Assembly (NCBI GenBank): GCA_965224705.1
Contig: OZ245056.1
Location: forward strand, 736,001 to 800,000
Direction: 5' to 3'
Origin: Spirochaetaceae bacterium
Lineage (GTDB): Bacteria; Spirochaetota; Spirochaetia; DSM-2461
DNA length: 64,000 bases
The notes below the pieces were generated by a model. It ran no database searches. It saw only the letters and a program-made list of their open reading frames with translations, and had not been told where the DNA came from. Below, one piece after another: positions 1-9,686 of this stretch (position 1 is its first letter; each line of letters opens with the position of its first letter). The translations under genes and the position numbers were made by a program.

Positions 1-393
1 CGAGCTTATGACATCCGCATCGAAATCAACTTTTGCTTTCGTCGATATCTTCCTGTCAACTTCCCAGACAATCATATTGTCTTTTCCCATGGCAGTGTCT
101 TTGTTTGCGTTGATCAATTCCACTACATTTTTCTTCTTAAGATCCTCCGTATCCAGCATGAGTACAATGGCATCATACTTCTTCAGAATATCTGATGATA
201 CATCTTTGACTTCAAGATCTGTGACAGTAATGTCGTTGTTCCTTTTTACGGCCCTCATGATTGCGCCTCTTGCCCGGCTGGAAAACTTGGCATTATTCGA
301 AGGATATACCAGGGCAATATCTTTTTTTTGAGTTTGTGCAAAAGCAATAATACCGACCAGAATCAGCGAAGCCAGTACTAAAAATCGTTTCAT
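1..393 (-). CDS. Secreted hypothetical protein (partial, runs off the left edge; not in the ORF track)
   Basis: Open minus frame from ATG at 393 (MKRFLVLASLILVGIIAFAQTQKKDIALVYP...) to base 1. Signal-peptide-like N-terminus and an AGGAG RBS upstream. Confidence 0.75.
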   Translation of the reverse strand, partial: MKRFLVLASLILVGIIAFAQTQKKDIALVYPSNNAKFSSRARGAIMRAVKRNNDITVTDLEVKDVSSDILKKYDAIVLMLDTEDLKKKNVVELINANKDTAMGKDNMIVWEVDRKISTKAKVDFDADVISS

Positions 394-418
394 GGAAATC
401 TCCTGAATTACTTGATAT

Positions 419-616
419 GGGCACCTGAAAAAGCATTCGTTCTTGATTCAATCTTTTCCGTCGCTGCGGCGTTGCCAATATGATCACACAGCCCTGCTGT
501 GCATCACATTCCCTGTCATTCACTGTATGCAGACAGGCCGCCCTGTATCAATCTGCCTGTAGCAGGCAGGAAAGATCTCTTCATCAATTTCTAAATGCTG
601 TTTTTCAAATACATCC
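419..616. repeat. Degenerate MITE-like element (gggcacct-TIR family)
   Basis: Starts gggcacctgaaaaagc and ends gctgtttttcaaatacatcc. Internal gctgcggcgttgccaa and gccctgtatca are reverse-complement matches to the core of the copy at 28181-28343. Confidence 0.55.
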
Positions 617-619
617 TAT

Positions 620-648
620 AGTATACTCCCAATCCGGCATATAGTCAA
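620..648 (-). promoter_or_regulatory. Sigma70-type promoter for the gene starting at 393
   Basis: Minus strand TTGACT-17 bp-TATACT. Confidence 0.65.
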
Positions 649-745
649 TAATTCTTATTGAATAACTATTAATCTGTAATACCCGGGGAAGGAGAGATGC
701 ATCACCTGGAGTCCATAACAAATTTGAGAAGACCGATCTTTTTTA

Positions 746-774
746 TTGACACAAGTGATAGATTTCGATAGGTT
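746..774 (+). promoter_or_regulatory. Sigma70-type promoter of tRNA-Asn
   Basis: TTGACA (746-751), 17 bp, TAGGTT (769-774), ending 16 nt before the tRNA. Confidence 0.6.
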
Positions 775-790
775 TTCATTCAGTCATTAT

Positions 791-863
791 TCCCCTGTAG
801 CTCAGTTGGTAGAGCGGGTGGCTGTTAACCACTAGGTCGGCAGTTCGAGTCTGTCCGGGGGAG
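791..863 (+). tRNA. tRNA-Asn (GTT)
   Basis: Acceptor stem TCCCCTG/CGGGGGA, D arm GCTCAGTTGGTAGAGC, anticodon loop CTGTTAA, T loop TTCGAGT, discriminator G. CCA is not encoded. Confidence 0.97.
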
Positions 864-907
864 CAAGAAAAATCTGGTGCGAACCGATGCCCTGGCTGGT
901 TTACAGG

Positions 908-939
908 AAGCCCTGGAGGTGTCCCCTCCGGGGCTTTTT
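908..939 (+). terminator. Intrinsic terminator after tRNA-Asn
   Basis: Stem aagccctggagg/cctccggggctt followed by a T run. Confidence 0.75.
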
Positions 940-1041
940 GCTCTGAGAACGCCTCAGACCATCCTCAGGGGCTGTATCAGTAACACTTCAACAACCGAAG
1001 AACCAGGGTTCCGTTGTTTACTTTTTGAAATTTCCCCCTGG

Positions 1042-1200
1042 GTGTCTGTCGGACTTTAAGGCTTCAAGGCGATTTTGATGATTTCTTCCTGATGCAAGGC
1101 GACAACAACGAAGCGTAGCTGGCTGCGCGAGTATTTTGCCAGCACGGTAGCGGGAAAAAAGGGCAAAAATCGAGCCGTGAGGCGTAAGTCCGACGGGCTC
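1042..1200. repeat. MITE-like element (gagcctgtcggactt-TIR family)
   Basis: Ends gtgtctgtcggactt ... aagtccgacgggctc. The left 65 bp match 21221-21289 in reverse complement, and the core ctgatgcaaggcgaca is shared with 28181-28343. Confidence 0.65.
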
Positions 1201-1226
1201 TGATGAGACGGTAAAAAGACGATGCC

Positions 1227-2483
1227 TTAGAAATGTCCTTTAATTATCAGGGGATTGGGAGTGAGTATCAGGTCGTCGCCAGCTTCCCAGAACCATTCTT
1301 TATCCGTCAATGTGTCATAAACAACGGCCCCTTGAGGAAACCCGTCCAGGGTTACGGTTATACTTCCTACTTTGGACCAGGCAACGGCGATGGCCTGGGA
1401 ATCACCCACATCAAAGGAATAGATTGCTGCCGGCAATCTCTTTCCCTCGCCAAGCTTTATAAGATCTGGAGACCAGTAGGAACCGGTAAGTTCTGGAGCC
1501 AGCCGCTGTATAACCTTACCGCCGCTTTTCAATTCGGAATCTTCGTATGCGACACCAAAGAAACGTTCAGAAGACGTTCCCGGTGGTGCATCTCCTTTTT
1601 TATAAGCATCATACATGCAGTACCACACGATGCGATCGGCTCCCGCGGCATATGCCGATGTAATCCATTTAGCCACATGAGCTCCCTGTTTCACCGGATC
1701 GACGACATGGGGATATATCCCGTCTGTCGGAATACCCATTTCCGTAATCCAGAGCTCTCCGGTGAAGCCGTAACTGTCCATGATACTCTGCGCCTTAGCC
1801 AGTCTTCGGGCGTTCACAATATGGCTTAGACCGTAAGAATGCACGGAAATAGCATCAGCTCCATCTGCGGCTCCGGAAGCGAGGAATTCCCGCAGATATG
1901 TCAGGCCATTTTTTAAGTAATGCAGAACAATCGCTCCAACGATTACGGTTGTATCCGGAGCAACACGGTTGAGTGTCTTCACCGTTTCTGCGGTCAACTT
2001 GAAAAAGTCCTCATCAGTACCTGTCCAGAATGTATTGTAATTGGGTTCATTCCATACCTCAAAGGCCGCAACACGGTCTCCATATCGTTCGGCAACTGCT
2101 TCGACATAGGCCAGCCAGTAGTGCATGTCTTCCGGGTCTATTTGTCTTTTTCCCTCAGGATTATCGTGCAGCCAGGGAGTGTCGTAGACCAGAAGCCCCA
2201 GCATTGCAACCCCCGCATCATCGGCGGCCTTCATCTGCGCATCAAAGAAACTGAAATCAAAGTCACCGGGCTGCTTCTCTATACGGTTCCAGGAGATATC
2301 CTGCCGAACCATATCGGCTCCGAAGGATGCAATAAATTCTTTCTCGGCACTTCCCTTCCATCCGGCATGACAGAAACCGAAGGAGTCCTCAATGTACCGG
2401 GCTTCCGTTATTGAATGAGGGATACCGGCACAGGATATTAAGAACAAAGCGGCTCCTGTAATTAATGAAAATCTGTATCTCAT
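1227..2483 (-). CDS. Clan GH-A glycoside hydrolase (GH5/GH39-like) lipoprotein
   Basis: Acid/base motif EVWNEPN and nucleophile motif WITEMG. Lipobox-like FLISC after MRYRFS (start placed at 2483; the ORF extends to 2525). Confidence 0.8.
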   Translation of the reverse strand: MRYRFSLITGAALFLISCAGIPHSITEARYIEDSFGFCHAGWKGSAEKEFIASFGADMVRQDISWNRIEKQPGDFDFSFFDAQMKAADDAGVAMLGLLVYDTPWLHDNPEGKRQIDPEDMHYWLAYVEAVAERYGDRVAAFEVWNEPNYNTFWTGTDEDFFKLTAETVKTLNRVAPDTTVIVGAIVLHYLKNGLTYLREFLASGAADGADAISVHSYGLSHIVNARRLAKAQSIMDSYGFTGELWITEMGIPTDGIYPHVVDPVKQGAHVAKWITSAYAAGADRIVWYCMYDAYKKGDAPPGTSSERFFGVAYEDSELKSGGKVIQRLAPELTGSYWSPDLIKLGEGKRLPAAIYSFDVGDSQAIAVAWSKVGSITVTLDGFPQGAVVYDTLTDKEWFWEAGDDLILTPNPLIIKGHF

Positions 2484-2560
2484 ATAGTAATGTTTAGCAT
2501 GGAGAGCCCCTGTTGCGTCAAGCATTTTGACTATAGACTGGATTATGGAGCATTTATGCT

Positions 2561-2781
2561 GTGTCAGAAAGCTTGTTATGACCTGGTTTCATTTAAATCC
2601 GATTAGATGAGGATTCTTGCTCAATATAGCAATTCAATGCTCATTGATAGTTGTGATTCGGTGAATTACTCATCTGGAATGATGAGAAGCCTCTCCGGCA
2701 AGATGTCCTGTAAATACTGTCCATTAATATATTAATTCTTTTAACAGAAACAATTACTTCATCCAACAAGCTTTCTGACAC
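2561..2781. mobile_element. MITE with perfect 17-bp terminal inverted repeats
   Basis: gtgtcagaaagcttgtt (2561-2577) and aacaagctttctgacac (2765-2781). Related single ends lie at 31127-31152, 32689-32714 and 56776-56804. Confidence 0.65.
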
Positions 2782-2911
2782 CGTATAATTGCCATCAGAA
2801 ACCTCCTCAGGCAGATTCTGGTCTCTTACGGTTGATGTGATCTTCAAATAGCATTATACTCTGGTATCAAGGTTCGTTATTGAGTCGTAAAACTGTATTC
2901 GAGGAGGCTCC

Positions 2912-3397
2912 ATGGTAACTGCAGCAGATGAAGAAACTTTGACTTTAACTGATGATTTGCTTGCCTATATTGAGGAATGGAAAGAGAAGCCGGGAAATCT
3001 CATCATGATCCTGCACAAAGTTCAGCAAGTGTACAGCTATGTTCCGCGGTCCATTGCTTTTGAAGTGGCAAAAATACTCGATATCCCCCTGGCAAAGATA
3101 TATGGTGTTATAACTTTTTACCATTTCTTCAAGCTTGAAAAACCCGGAAAGTACAATGTTCAGGTTTGTATGGGGACAGCCTGCTACCTCAAGGGAGCTG
3201 AAGATTTAATCTCAGAATTGGAAACTCTTTTGAGTATTGGTGCGGGAGGAGTCACTCCTGACGGGCAGTTCTCCGTAGAAGCAGTTCGCTGTGTAGGCTG
3301 CTGCGGTTTGGCCCCGGCACTCATGATTGGTGATGAGGTCTTTGGAAAACTTACCACGGACAAACTGCCGGAAATACTGGCCAGGTTCAACGATTAA
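2912..3397 (+). CDS. hndA: [FeFe]-hydrogenase NuoE-like 2Fe-2S subunit (HndA/HydC)
   Basis: TFYHFF, VCMGTACYLKGA, CVGCCGLAP motifs; GAGGAGG RBS. Confidence 0.92.
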   Translation: MVTAADEETLTLTDDLLAYIEEWKEKPGNLIMILHKVQQVYSYVPRSIAFEVAKILDIPLAKIYGVITFYHFFKLEKPGKYNVQVCMGTACYLKGAEDLISELETLLSIGAGGVTPDGQFSVEAVRCVGCCGLAPALMIGDEVFGKLTTDKLPEILARFND

Positions 3398-3449
3398 TGT
3401 GGTACACATTGATACCGCTTGTTTATGATACGGGAAGGAGTCTGAATTG

Positions 3450-3842
3450 ATGAGTGAATTAAATCTAAAATCCCTTCAAAAGCTTCGAAAGGAGCAGAAA
3501 GAAGTGATCAGTCGACAGGGAATTGATGACAGGAGCATCTACATCATTGTTGGTATGGGAACCTGTGGGATCGCCGCCGGAGCCAGAGAGGTCCTCAATG
3601 TGTTTCTCAGTGAAGCTGAAACTCAGAAAATGAACAATGTGGTTGTTAAGCAGACGGGATGTATGGGACTCTGCTACGCCGAACCAACAGTTGAGATCAA
3701 AATGGCCGGGATGCCGGATACCCTTTATGGGAAGGTGAACTCGGAAATCTCTAAGAAAATTGTGGCAACTCACCTCCTGGGAGGTAAACTTGTCAACGAA
3801 CATGTATACGGTTATCCTGCCCAGGATATCCAGAAGGAGTAG
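3450..3842 (+). CDS. hndB: Thioredoxin-like 2Fe-2S ferredoxin subunit (HndB/HydD)
   Basis: VGMGTCGIAAGA and TGCMGLCYAEP motifs; position in the operon. Confidence 0.9.
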   Translation: MSELNLKSLQKLRKEQKEVISRQGIDDRSIYIIVGMGTCGIAAGAREVLNVFLSEAETQKMNNVVVKQTGCMGLCYAEPTVEIKMAGMPDTLYGKVNSEISKKIVATHLLGGKLVNEHVYGYPAQDIQKE

Positions 3843-3845
3843 CCC

Positions 3846-5621
3846 ATGCCCGTTAAGCGATTCTGTCTTGTATGCGGTGATAACGGATGTCAATCCGGTG
3901 AAGACATCTACCGTAGTCTAAGAGCCGCCATTGAAGTTGCTGGCATCAGCGATGAAGTGCAGGTTGTGAAATCCGGATGTTTCGGCCTTTGTCAAAAGGC
4001 GACTATCGTCAGAGTTTTTCCTGAAGAAGCAATCTACGTTGGTGTGAAACCTGAAGATGCGGAAGTTATTGTCAATGAACATCTGTTGAAGGGTAAAATA
4101 GTCAACAGGCTGCACTACAAGGGAAATGAAGAGACAAAATCTGACGAAAATGTTAGAGACTATCAAAAGCAAAAGCGTCTGGTTCTTCGCAACTGTGGTG
4201 TGATTGATCCTGAGAGTATTGATGAATACATTGCCCGTCAGGGGTATGTCGGACTGGAGAAAGCTCTCTTCCAGTTATCCGGTGATCAGGTTATCGAGGA
4301 GTTGAAAATATCCGGTCTTCGCGGGAGAGGCGGTGCTGGATTTCCAACCTGGCTGAAATGGAAGTTTTCGGCTGAAGTTGAATCCGATACGAAATACATA
4401 GTCTGTAACGCTGACGAAGGTGATCCGGGGGCCTATATGGACAGATCTGTTCTGGAAAGCGATCCCCATTCGATACTTGAGGCCATGACCATTGCGGCGA
4501 AGGCTGTCCAGGCGGACCATGGAGTGATTTACATCCGTGCAGAATATCCACTGGCCATTAAGCGGCTGGAAATTGCCCTGGGGCAGGCCAGAGAATATGG
4601 ACTTCTGGGAAAAAACATCCTTGGAAGCGGATTCAGCTTTGACATAGAACTGCGGTTCGGTGCCGGAGCCTTTGTTTGTGGTGAAGAAACGGCATTGCTG
4701 GCCTCTACGGAAGGTAATCGTGGAATGCCCACCCCCAAGCCTCCCTTCCCGGCTGTAAAAGGTCTCTTTCAAAAACCAACTGTCATCAACAATGTTGAAA
4801 CTTTTGCCAACATTCCCCTCATCATTGAAAAAGGTGGAGCATGGTTTAAAAACATTGGTTCTGAGGGCTCTCCCGGAACCAAGGTATTTGCCCTGACCGG
4901 GAAAATTCAGAACTCCAGTCTGGTTGAAGTTCCCATGGGAACGACTCTGCGAGAAATCATCTATGATGTCGGCGGCGGTATCCAGAACGGCAAGAAGTTC
5001 AAAGCTGTTCAAACAGGCGGACCCTCCGGCGGAGTTATCACCACAGACTACCTTGATACTGCCATAGATTTTGATACCTTGAAATCCATCGGATCGATGA
5101 TGGGATCGGGTGGAATGATCGTCATGGACGAAGATGATTGTATCATTGATGTTGCCAAGTTCTACATGACATTCTGTGTGGATGAATCCTGCGGAAAATG
5201 TGCCCCCTGCCGGATCGGGACAAGGCGAATGCTCCAGATTCTGGACAAAATCAGCAAGGGAATGGGCAGGACGGAAGACATTGAAAAGTTGAAAAGCATT
5301 GGTTTGGCCACGCAAAAATCCTCCCTGTGCGGCCTGGGACAAACGGCTGCCAACCCTGTACTGTCCACACTCAAATACTTCGAGCATGAATACCTGGAAC
5401 ATATTACAGAGAAGAAATGCCGTGCGGGCAAGTGCAAGGCTCTTGTTTCGTACACGATTGATCCCCAGAAATGCATAGGCTGCACTGTTTGTGCCCGCAA
5501 ATGTCCGGTCCCCTGTATAACCGGTGAGCGGAAAACTCCCCATGTAATAGATCAAAGTAAGTGCATCAAATGTGGGATCTGTTTCGAGGTCTGTAAGTTT
5601 GGTGCGGTACAGGTTGCATAA
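3846..5621 (+). CDS. hndC: NuoF-like FMN/NAD(H)-binding subunit (HndC/HydB)
   Basis: GRGGAGFP, NADEGDPG, CGEETAL, ESCGKCAPCR, GGPSGG and a C-terminal 2x[4Fe-4S] domain. Confidence 0.95.
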   Translation: MPVKRFCLVCGDNGCQSGEDIYRSLRAAIEVAGISDEVQVVKSGCFGLCQKATIVRVFPEEAIYVGVKPEDAEVIVNEHLLKGKIVNRLHYKGNEETKSDENVRDYQKQKRLVLRNCGVIDPESIDEYIARQGYVGLEKALFQLSGDQVIEELKISGLRGRGGAGFPTWLKWKFSAEVESDTKYIVCNADEGDPGAYMDRSVLESDPHSILEAMTIAAKAVQADHGVIYIRAEYPLAIKRLEIALGQAREYGLLGKNILGSGFSFDIELRFGAGAFVCGEETALLASTEGNRGMPTPKPPFPAVKGLFQKPTVINNVETFANIPLIIEKGGAWFKNIGSEGSPGTKVFALTGKIQNSSLVEVPMGTTLREIIYDVGGGIQNGKKFKAVQTGGPSGGVITTDYLDTAIDFDTLKSIGSMMGSGGMIVMDEDDCIIDVAKFYMTFCVDESCGKCAPCRIGTRRMLQILDKISKGMGRTEDIEKLKSIGLATQKSSLCGLGQTAANPVLSTLKYFEHEYLEHITEKKCRAGKCKALVSYTIDPQKCIGCTVCARKCPVPCITGERKTPHVIDQSKCIKCGICFEVCKFGAVQVA

Positions 5622-5636
5622 TAAGGAGAGAATCTC

Positions 5637-7391
5637 ATGTCAATGGTCAATATAAAAATTAATGGTAAAGCCCACCAGGTAGAAGCTGGCACAAGCATTC
5701 TGGATGCTGCAAAGGCCTTTCAGATCAACATTCCCACATTGTGCTACCATCCGGATCTTGAACCATGGGCAGCCTGTGGGCTCTGTGTCGTCAAAGAGGC
5801 TGGTTCCCCGAAAATGATACGTGCCTGTGCCACCACTGTTGTTGAGGGACAGGATTACATCACTCACGACCCTGAACTCATGGAAGTAAGAAAAACAGTT
5901 TTGAAATTGATACACTCCAACCATCCTAATGAATGTCTTACCTGTGCCCGCAATGGTTCCTGCGAACTTCAGGATATTTCTGAAGATTTCTGTATCCGGG
6001 AATCAGAGTATCGAAAAGAACTCAAAGAACTTCCAGTCGATGCTTCCACAGCATCGATAGTTCTTGACCCCCGAAAATGCATTAATTGTGGTCGCTGTGC
6101 CCTTGTATGTCAGCAGATGCAGGATGTCTGGGCACTGGAGTTCACCAACCGGGGCTATAATACTGTGATTCAGCCTGTGGGTGGTGCCCTGCTGAGTGAA
6201 AGTCCCTGTATACGATGTGGTCAGTGTTCGGCCCACTGTCCTGTTGGAGCCATTTACGAGAAAGATGAAACCGATGATTTCCTTGATGCTGTTCAGGATG
6301 AATCCCGGCATGTTGTTGTGCAGATCGCTCCGGCAACCCGTGTGGCAATCGGCGAAGCCTTCGGTGAGAAGCCCGGTACCATTATGACCGGACAGTTGTA
6401 CGCTGCCATGAGAATGTTGGGTGCCAACGCTGTTTTCGACACAAACTTCGGCGCCGATTTAACTATAGTGGAAGAAGGAACAGAGCTGGTTCAACGCATC
6501 ACGGAAAAGAATAAGGGCCCATTACCCCAGATTACCTCCTGCTGTCCTGCCTGGACTGACTACATGGAAAAATACTTCTCCGATATGATTCCCCATTTTT
6601 CTACAGCCAAAAGTCCCATGATGATGCAGGGATCCATAACAAAAACTTACTATGCTGATAAAATGAAGGTTGACCCGGCAACCATCTACTCAGTGGCCAT
6701 CATGCCCTGTACAGCCAAGAAATATGAAATTGGGAGGAGTGATAACATGCAGTCCTCAGGGTATAAGGATGTGGATCTTGTACTCACAACCCGGGAACTG
6801 GCCCGGCTCATCAAACGGGCAGGCATTGATTTCCTGAATCTCAATGAGGAAAAAGCTGACAGTCCAATTGGAACGTATACTGGAGCGGGTACAATATTTG
6901 GTGTTACCGGTGGTGTAATGGAAGCAGCCCTGCGGACGGCTCATGCTCTTGTAACAGGTGAAGAGCTTAAAGACATCAATATCCATGCTGTCCGCGGCAT
7001 GGAAGGTGTGCGGACTGGAGAAGTTCCCGTTGGAGATGTTACTTTGAAGGTTGCGGTTGCCCATGGGATGACGAACGTCAGACAAATCATGAATGAGATT
7101 CGCCAGGCAAGGGAAAATGACGAGGAACCGCCTTATCACTTCATCGAGGTGATGGCCTGTAAGGGCGGCTGTATTGGTGGGGGCGGTCAGCCTTATTTCA
7201 CAGACGAAAAGATCCGTGAGCAGAGAGTGGCGGGTATCTACACAGATGATGAAAGGTGCGTGTTTCGATGCTCCCATCAGAATCCTGAGATCAAGCAGAT
7301 TTATAAAGATTTCCTTGGGGAGCCCCTGTCTCACAAGAGCCATGAATTGCTTCATACAACCTACACACCACGACCACTCTATCAAAGATAG
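5637..7391 (+). CDS. hndD: [FeFe]-hydrogenase catalytic subunit, group A (HndD/HydA)
   Basis: H-cluster motifs TSCCPAW, MPCTAKKYE and EVMACKGGCIGGGGQP; N-terminal Fe-S domains. Confidence 0.96.
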   Translation: MSMVNIKINGKAHQVEAGTSILDAAKAFQINIPTLCYHPDLEPWAACGLCVVKEAGSPKMIRACATTVVEGQDYITHDPELMEVRKTVLKLIHSNHPNECLTCARNGSCELQDISEDFCIRESEYRKELKELPVDASTASIVLDPRKCINCGRCALVCQQMQDVWALEFTNRGYNTVIQPVGGALLSESPCIRCGQCSAHCPVGAIYEKDETDDFLDAVQDESRHVVVQIAPATRVAIGEAFGEKPGTIMTGQLYAAMRMLGANAVFDTNFGADLTIVEEGTELVQRITEKNKGPLPQITSCCPAWTDYMEKYFSDMIPHFSTAKSPMMMQGSITKTYYADKMKVDPATIYSVAIMPCTAKKYEIGRSDNMQSSGYKDVDLVLTTRELARLIKRAGIDFLNLNEEKADSPIGTYTGAGTIFGVTGGVMEAALRTAHALVTGEELKDINIHAVRGMEGVRTGEVPVGDVTLKVAVAHGMTNVRQIMNEIRQARENDEEPPYHFIEVMACKGGCIGGGGQPYFTDEKIREQRVAGIYTDDERCVFRCSHQNPEIKQIYKDFLGEPLSHKSHELLHTTYTPRPLYQR

Positions 7392-7410
7392 GGACTGTGC
7401 CGGCTGGAAG

Positions 7411-8112
7411 TCAGTGCTCCAATGCAGCTTCCCGGGGCAGTGCCCAGTCAATAGCATTCAATCCCTTCTCTTCCAGCCATTGATTTGCCCTTGAAAATGG
7501 TCGGCTGCCGAAAAATCCCCGGGCTGCAGAAAATGGCGAGGGGTGGGAGGAGGATATTACCAGATGCCTGGAGCGGTCAATGAATACCCCTTTCGCCTGG
7601 GCATACGATCCCCAGAGGATGAAGACCGCCGATTTTTTTTCAGCATCCACAATTCGAATTATTTCATCGGTGAATTCCTCCCAGCCGCATGCCTTATGAG
7701 ATGCAGCCCTGTCTTTTTCCACTGTAAGGACGGAATTAAGAAGTAAGACACCCTGCCTTGCCCAGGGAATTAAACAGCCATGGGAAGCTGGAGGTATTCC
7801 AAGATCAGTTGAAAGTTCTGTGTAAATATTGGCCAGAGATGGGGGAATCCTGATTCCCGGCTGTACAGAGAAGGAGAGGCCATTGGCCTGTCCGCGTCCA
7901 TGGTAGGGATCCTGACCAAGGATAACCGCCTTGACTTCATCAAACGGGGTGTTATTGAGTGCGGAGAATATTTTATCTCCGGGCGGGTATATTTCCTTCC
8001 CGGCCTTCTTCTCCTGCAGAAGAAAACTTTTAAGTTTTTTCATGTAGTTTTTTTCAAATTCACCTGAAAGATAGGACAGCCACGATGGGTGGAGAGCTAT
8101 GTTCGCACTCAT
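7411..8112 (-). CDS. ung: Uracil-DNA glycosylase, family 1
   Basis: GQDPYH, IPPSL, GVLLLN and HPSPFS motifs. Confidence 0.96.
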   Translation of the reverse strand: MSANIALHPSWLSYLSGEFEKNYMKKLKSFLLQEKKAGKEIYPPGDKIFSALNNTPFDEVKAVILGQDPYHGRGQANGLSFSVQPGIRIPPSLANIYTELSTDLGIPPASHGCLIPWARQGVLLLNSVLTVEKDRAASHKACGWEEFTDEIIRIVDAEKKSAVFILWGSYAQAKGVFIDRSRHLVISSSHPSPFSAARGFFGSRPFSRANQWLEEKGLNAIDWALPREAALEH

Positions 8113-9686
8113 GATGAATTCCCAGGAAATTCCATGGTGAAGACAGCTCCGCCTGAGGGAGAATTTCGGGCAGATACACGTCCGCCATAACCCGTTGCAA
8201 TTCCCTGGACTATGGCCAGACCAAGCCCTGTATGACTGGCTGCATTCTCCTCAGGTCTATCTGTATACCAGCGTTTGAAAATTTTCTGTAACTCGTGTTC
8301 CGGAATACCTGGCCCCTCATCGGATACGGATAAGCTCACTTTTTTGTCATCCCCTTCAATTCTCACTTCTACAACTCCATCGGCTGGGGAATAGGATACG
8401 GCGTTGTCAACCAGATTGAGAATGGCCTGAGTAAGACGGTCCGGATTAGCATTGATATACACTGGATTCTCAGACACATTTATGTATTCTATGGAGACAT
8501 CATTTTCATCATGCCGGGAATATGCTTCAACGAGGGTTTTCACCAGTTCACTAAGGTTAAGGGGGGCATGGTTGCCTTCATCGAGCCGTACATCGACGCT
8601 GATAAGTTCCCGAAGGTCATCCAGCAGACGTTGAATACGTCTGGCCTCCCTGTTGATTACCGTAAGAAAGCGGTTGGATTCGCCTGTAGCGGAATGCTCA
8701 GCCAGTTCAGCCGCACTGAGAATACCGGCGACTGGATTTTTTGTCTCATGAACCAGATCGGCTATGAAATCTTCCAGATGATTTGTTCTCTCCTGGAGGC
8801 GGGAGGAAAGCTTGTACAGGGCCCTGGAAAGGTCGGCTACTTCATCCTTACCCGAAAGGGGATTGAATTTTGCCAGAAGCTTTCCCCGGTCATCCAGAAG
8901 ACTCTCTGCCTGATCACGCAGCCGCCCGACTGGTACCGTAACGGTTCGGGCCAGAAGTATTGAAAGAATGATGGCCCCACCCACTCCGAAAAGAAAGATG
9001 TTCATGATATCCAGGCGAAGCCTGTAGAGATCATTGAGAATCACGAACGTGGAGCGGGAAACCTGAACAGCTCCGATGACTTCATCTTCCCATATAATGG
9101 GAATGGCCGAATACAGAGTAACCGATATCTGTCCTTCGGAAATTCGTGTCGCAGCACCATATCGGCCATCCAGAGCAGCCTTGATTTCCGGCCCATCCAG
9201 AACAGCTCTTCCAATGTAGAAATCAGTTTCAACCCGCGGTACCTGGGGAGGACGCACATAACCCGCCACCTGGCGAAAGATTCGAGCTGGCAGAGCACCA
9301 ATCTGATAGATGACACTCTCTTCGGGATAGGAGGTTTCAGTTGTGTCCTCCTCTTCAACTGCTTCCTGGTTTCGGGAGTTGATTTCAGGCAATTCCCCAT
9401 TTTGATCTTCGGATATGGCCGAATCAGCCAGCAGATATCCATCTTTGTCCACCACCCTTAATCGAGCATCGTTGCGGTCGCCTAATCGATTGAGTACGGC
9501 CCTCGCATCAGCCGCAAGATTTTCACCCGCCACGGCTGAAGCCAGAAGCCTGCCCTGCTGAACCATGGCACGTTCCTGACTGTCCAGAAGCTGTTCTTCA
9601 TAAGTCCCAAGGAAGAGAATTGCTCCCACTGGAAAGACGGCAAGAAGAAGGTTGAAAATCAACAGTCTTGCTGTCAGGCCCTTCAC
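8109..9686 (-). CDS. Membrane sensor histidine kinase (CreC/ChvG-like)
   Basis: Two TM helices, HAMP domain, H-box LVHETKNP, N-box NLVDNA, DEGPGI, GLGLAI. Confidence 0.9.
   Translation of the reverse strand: MKGLTARLLIFNLLLAVFPVGAILFLGTYEEQLLDSQERAMVQQGRLLASAVAGENLAADARAVLNRLGDRNDARLRVVDKDGYLLADSAISEDQNGELPEINSRNQEAVEEEDTTETSYPEESVIYQIGALPARIFRQVAGYVRPPQVPRVETDFYIGRAVLDGPEIKAALDGRYGAATRISEGQISVTLYSAIPIIWEDEVIGAVQVSRSTFVILNDLYRLRLDIMNIFLFGVGGAIILSILLARTVTVPVGRLRDQAESLLDDRGKLLAKFNPLSGKDEVADLSRALYKLSSRLQERTNHLEDFIADLVHETKNPVAGILSAAELAEHSATGESNRFLTVINREARRIQRLLDDLRELISVDVRLDEGNHAPLNLSELVKTLVEAYSRHDENDVSIEYINVSENPVYINANPDRLTQAILNLVDNAVSYSPADGVVEVRIEGDDKKVSLSVSDEGPGIPEHELQKIFKRWYTDRPEENAASHTGLGLAIVQGIATGYGGRVSARNSPSGGAVFTMEFPGNSS

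Noticed and set aside
8..331. 107-aa plus-strand ORF (and the 293-523 minus ORF)
   Set aside because: Shadows of the minus-strand gene starting at 393, which has an RBS, promoter and signal peptide.
791..1200. tRNA-Asn as the attachment site of an integrated element
   Set aside because: No integrase nearby and no duplicate of the tRNA 3' end noticed in the window.
2831..2846. ttgatgtgatcttcaa as a Rex operator for the hydrogenase operon
   Set aside because: Too short and too far from the TTGTGAA-N4-TTCACAA consensus.
4275..5555. 426-aa antisense ORF within hndC (also 6756-7457, 17790-18470, 34065-34673, 55160-55972)
   Set aside because: Antisense to well-supported genes, with no recognisable motifs.
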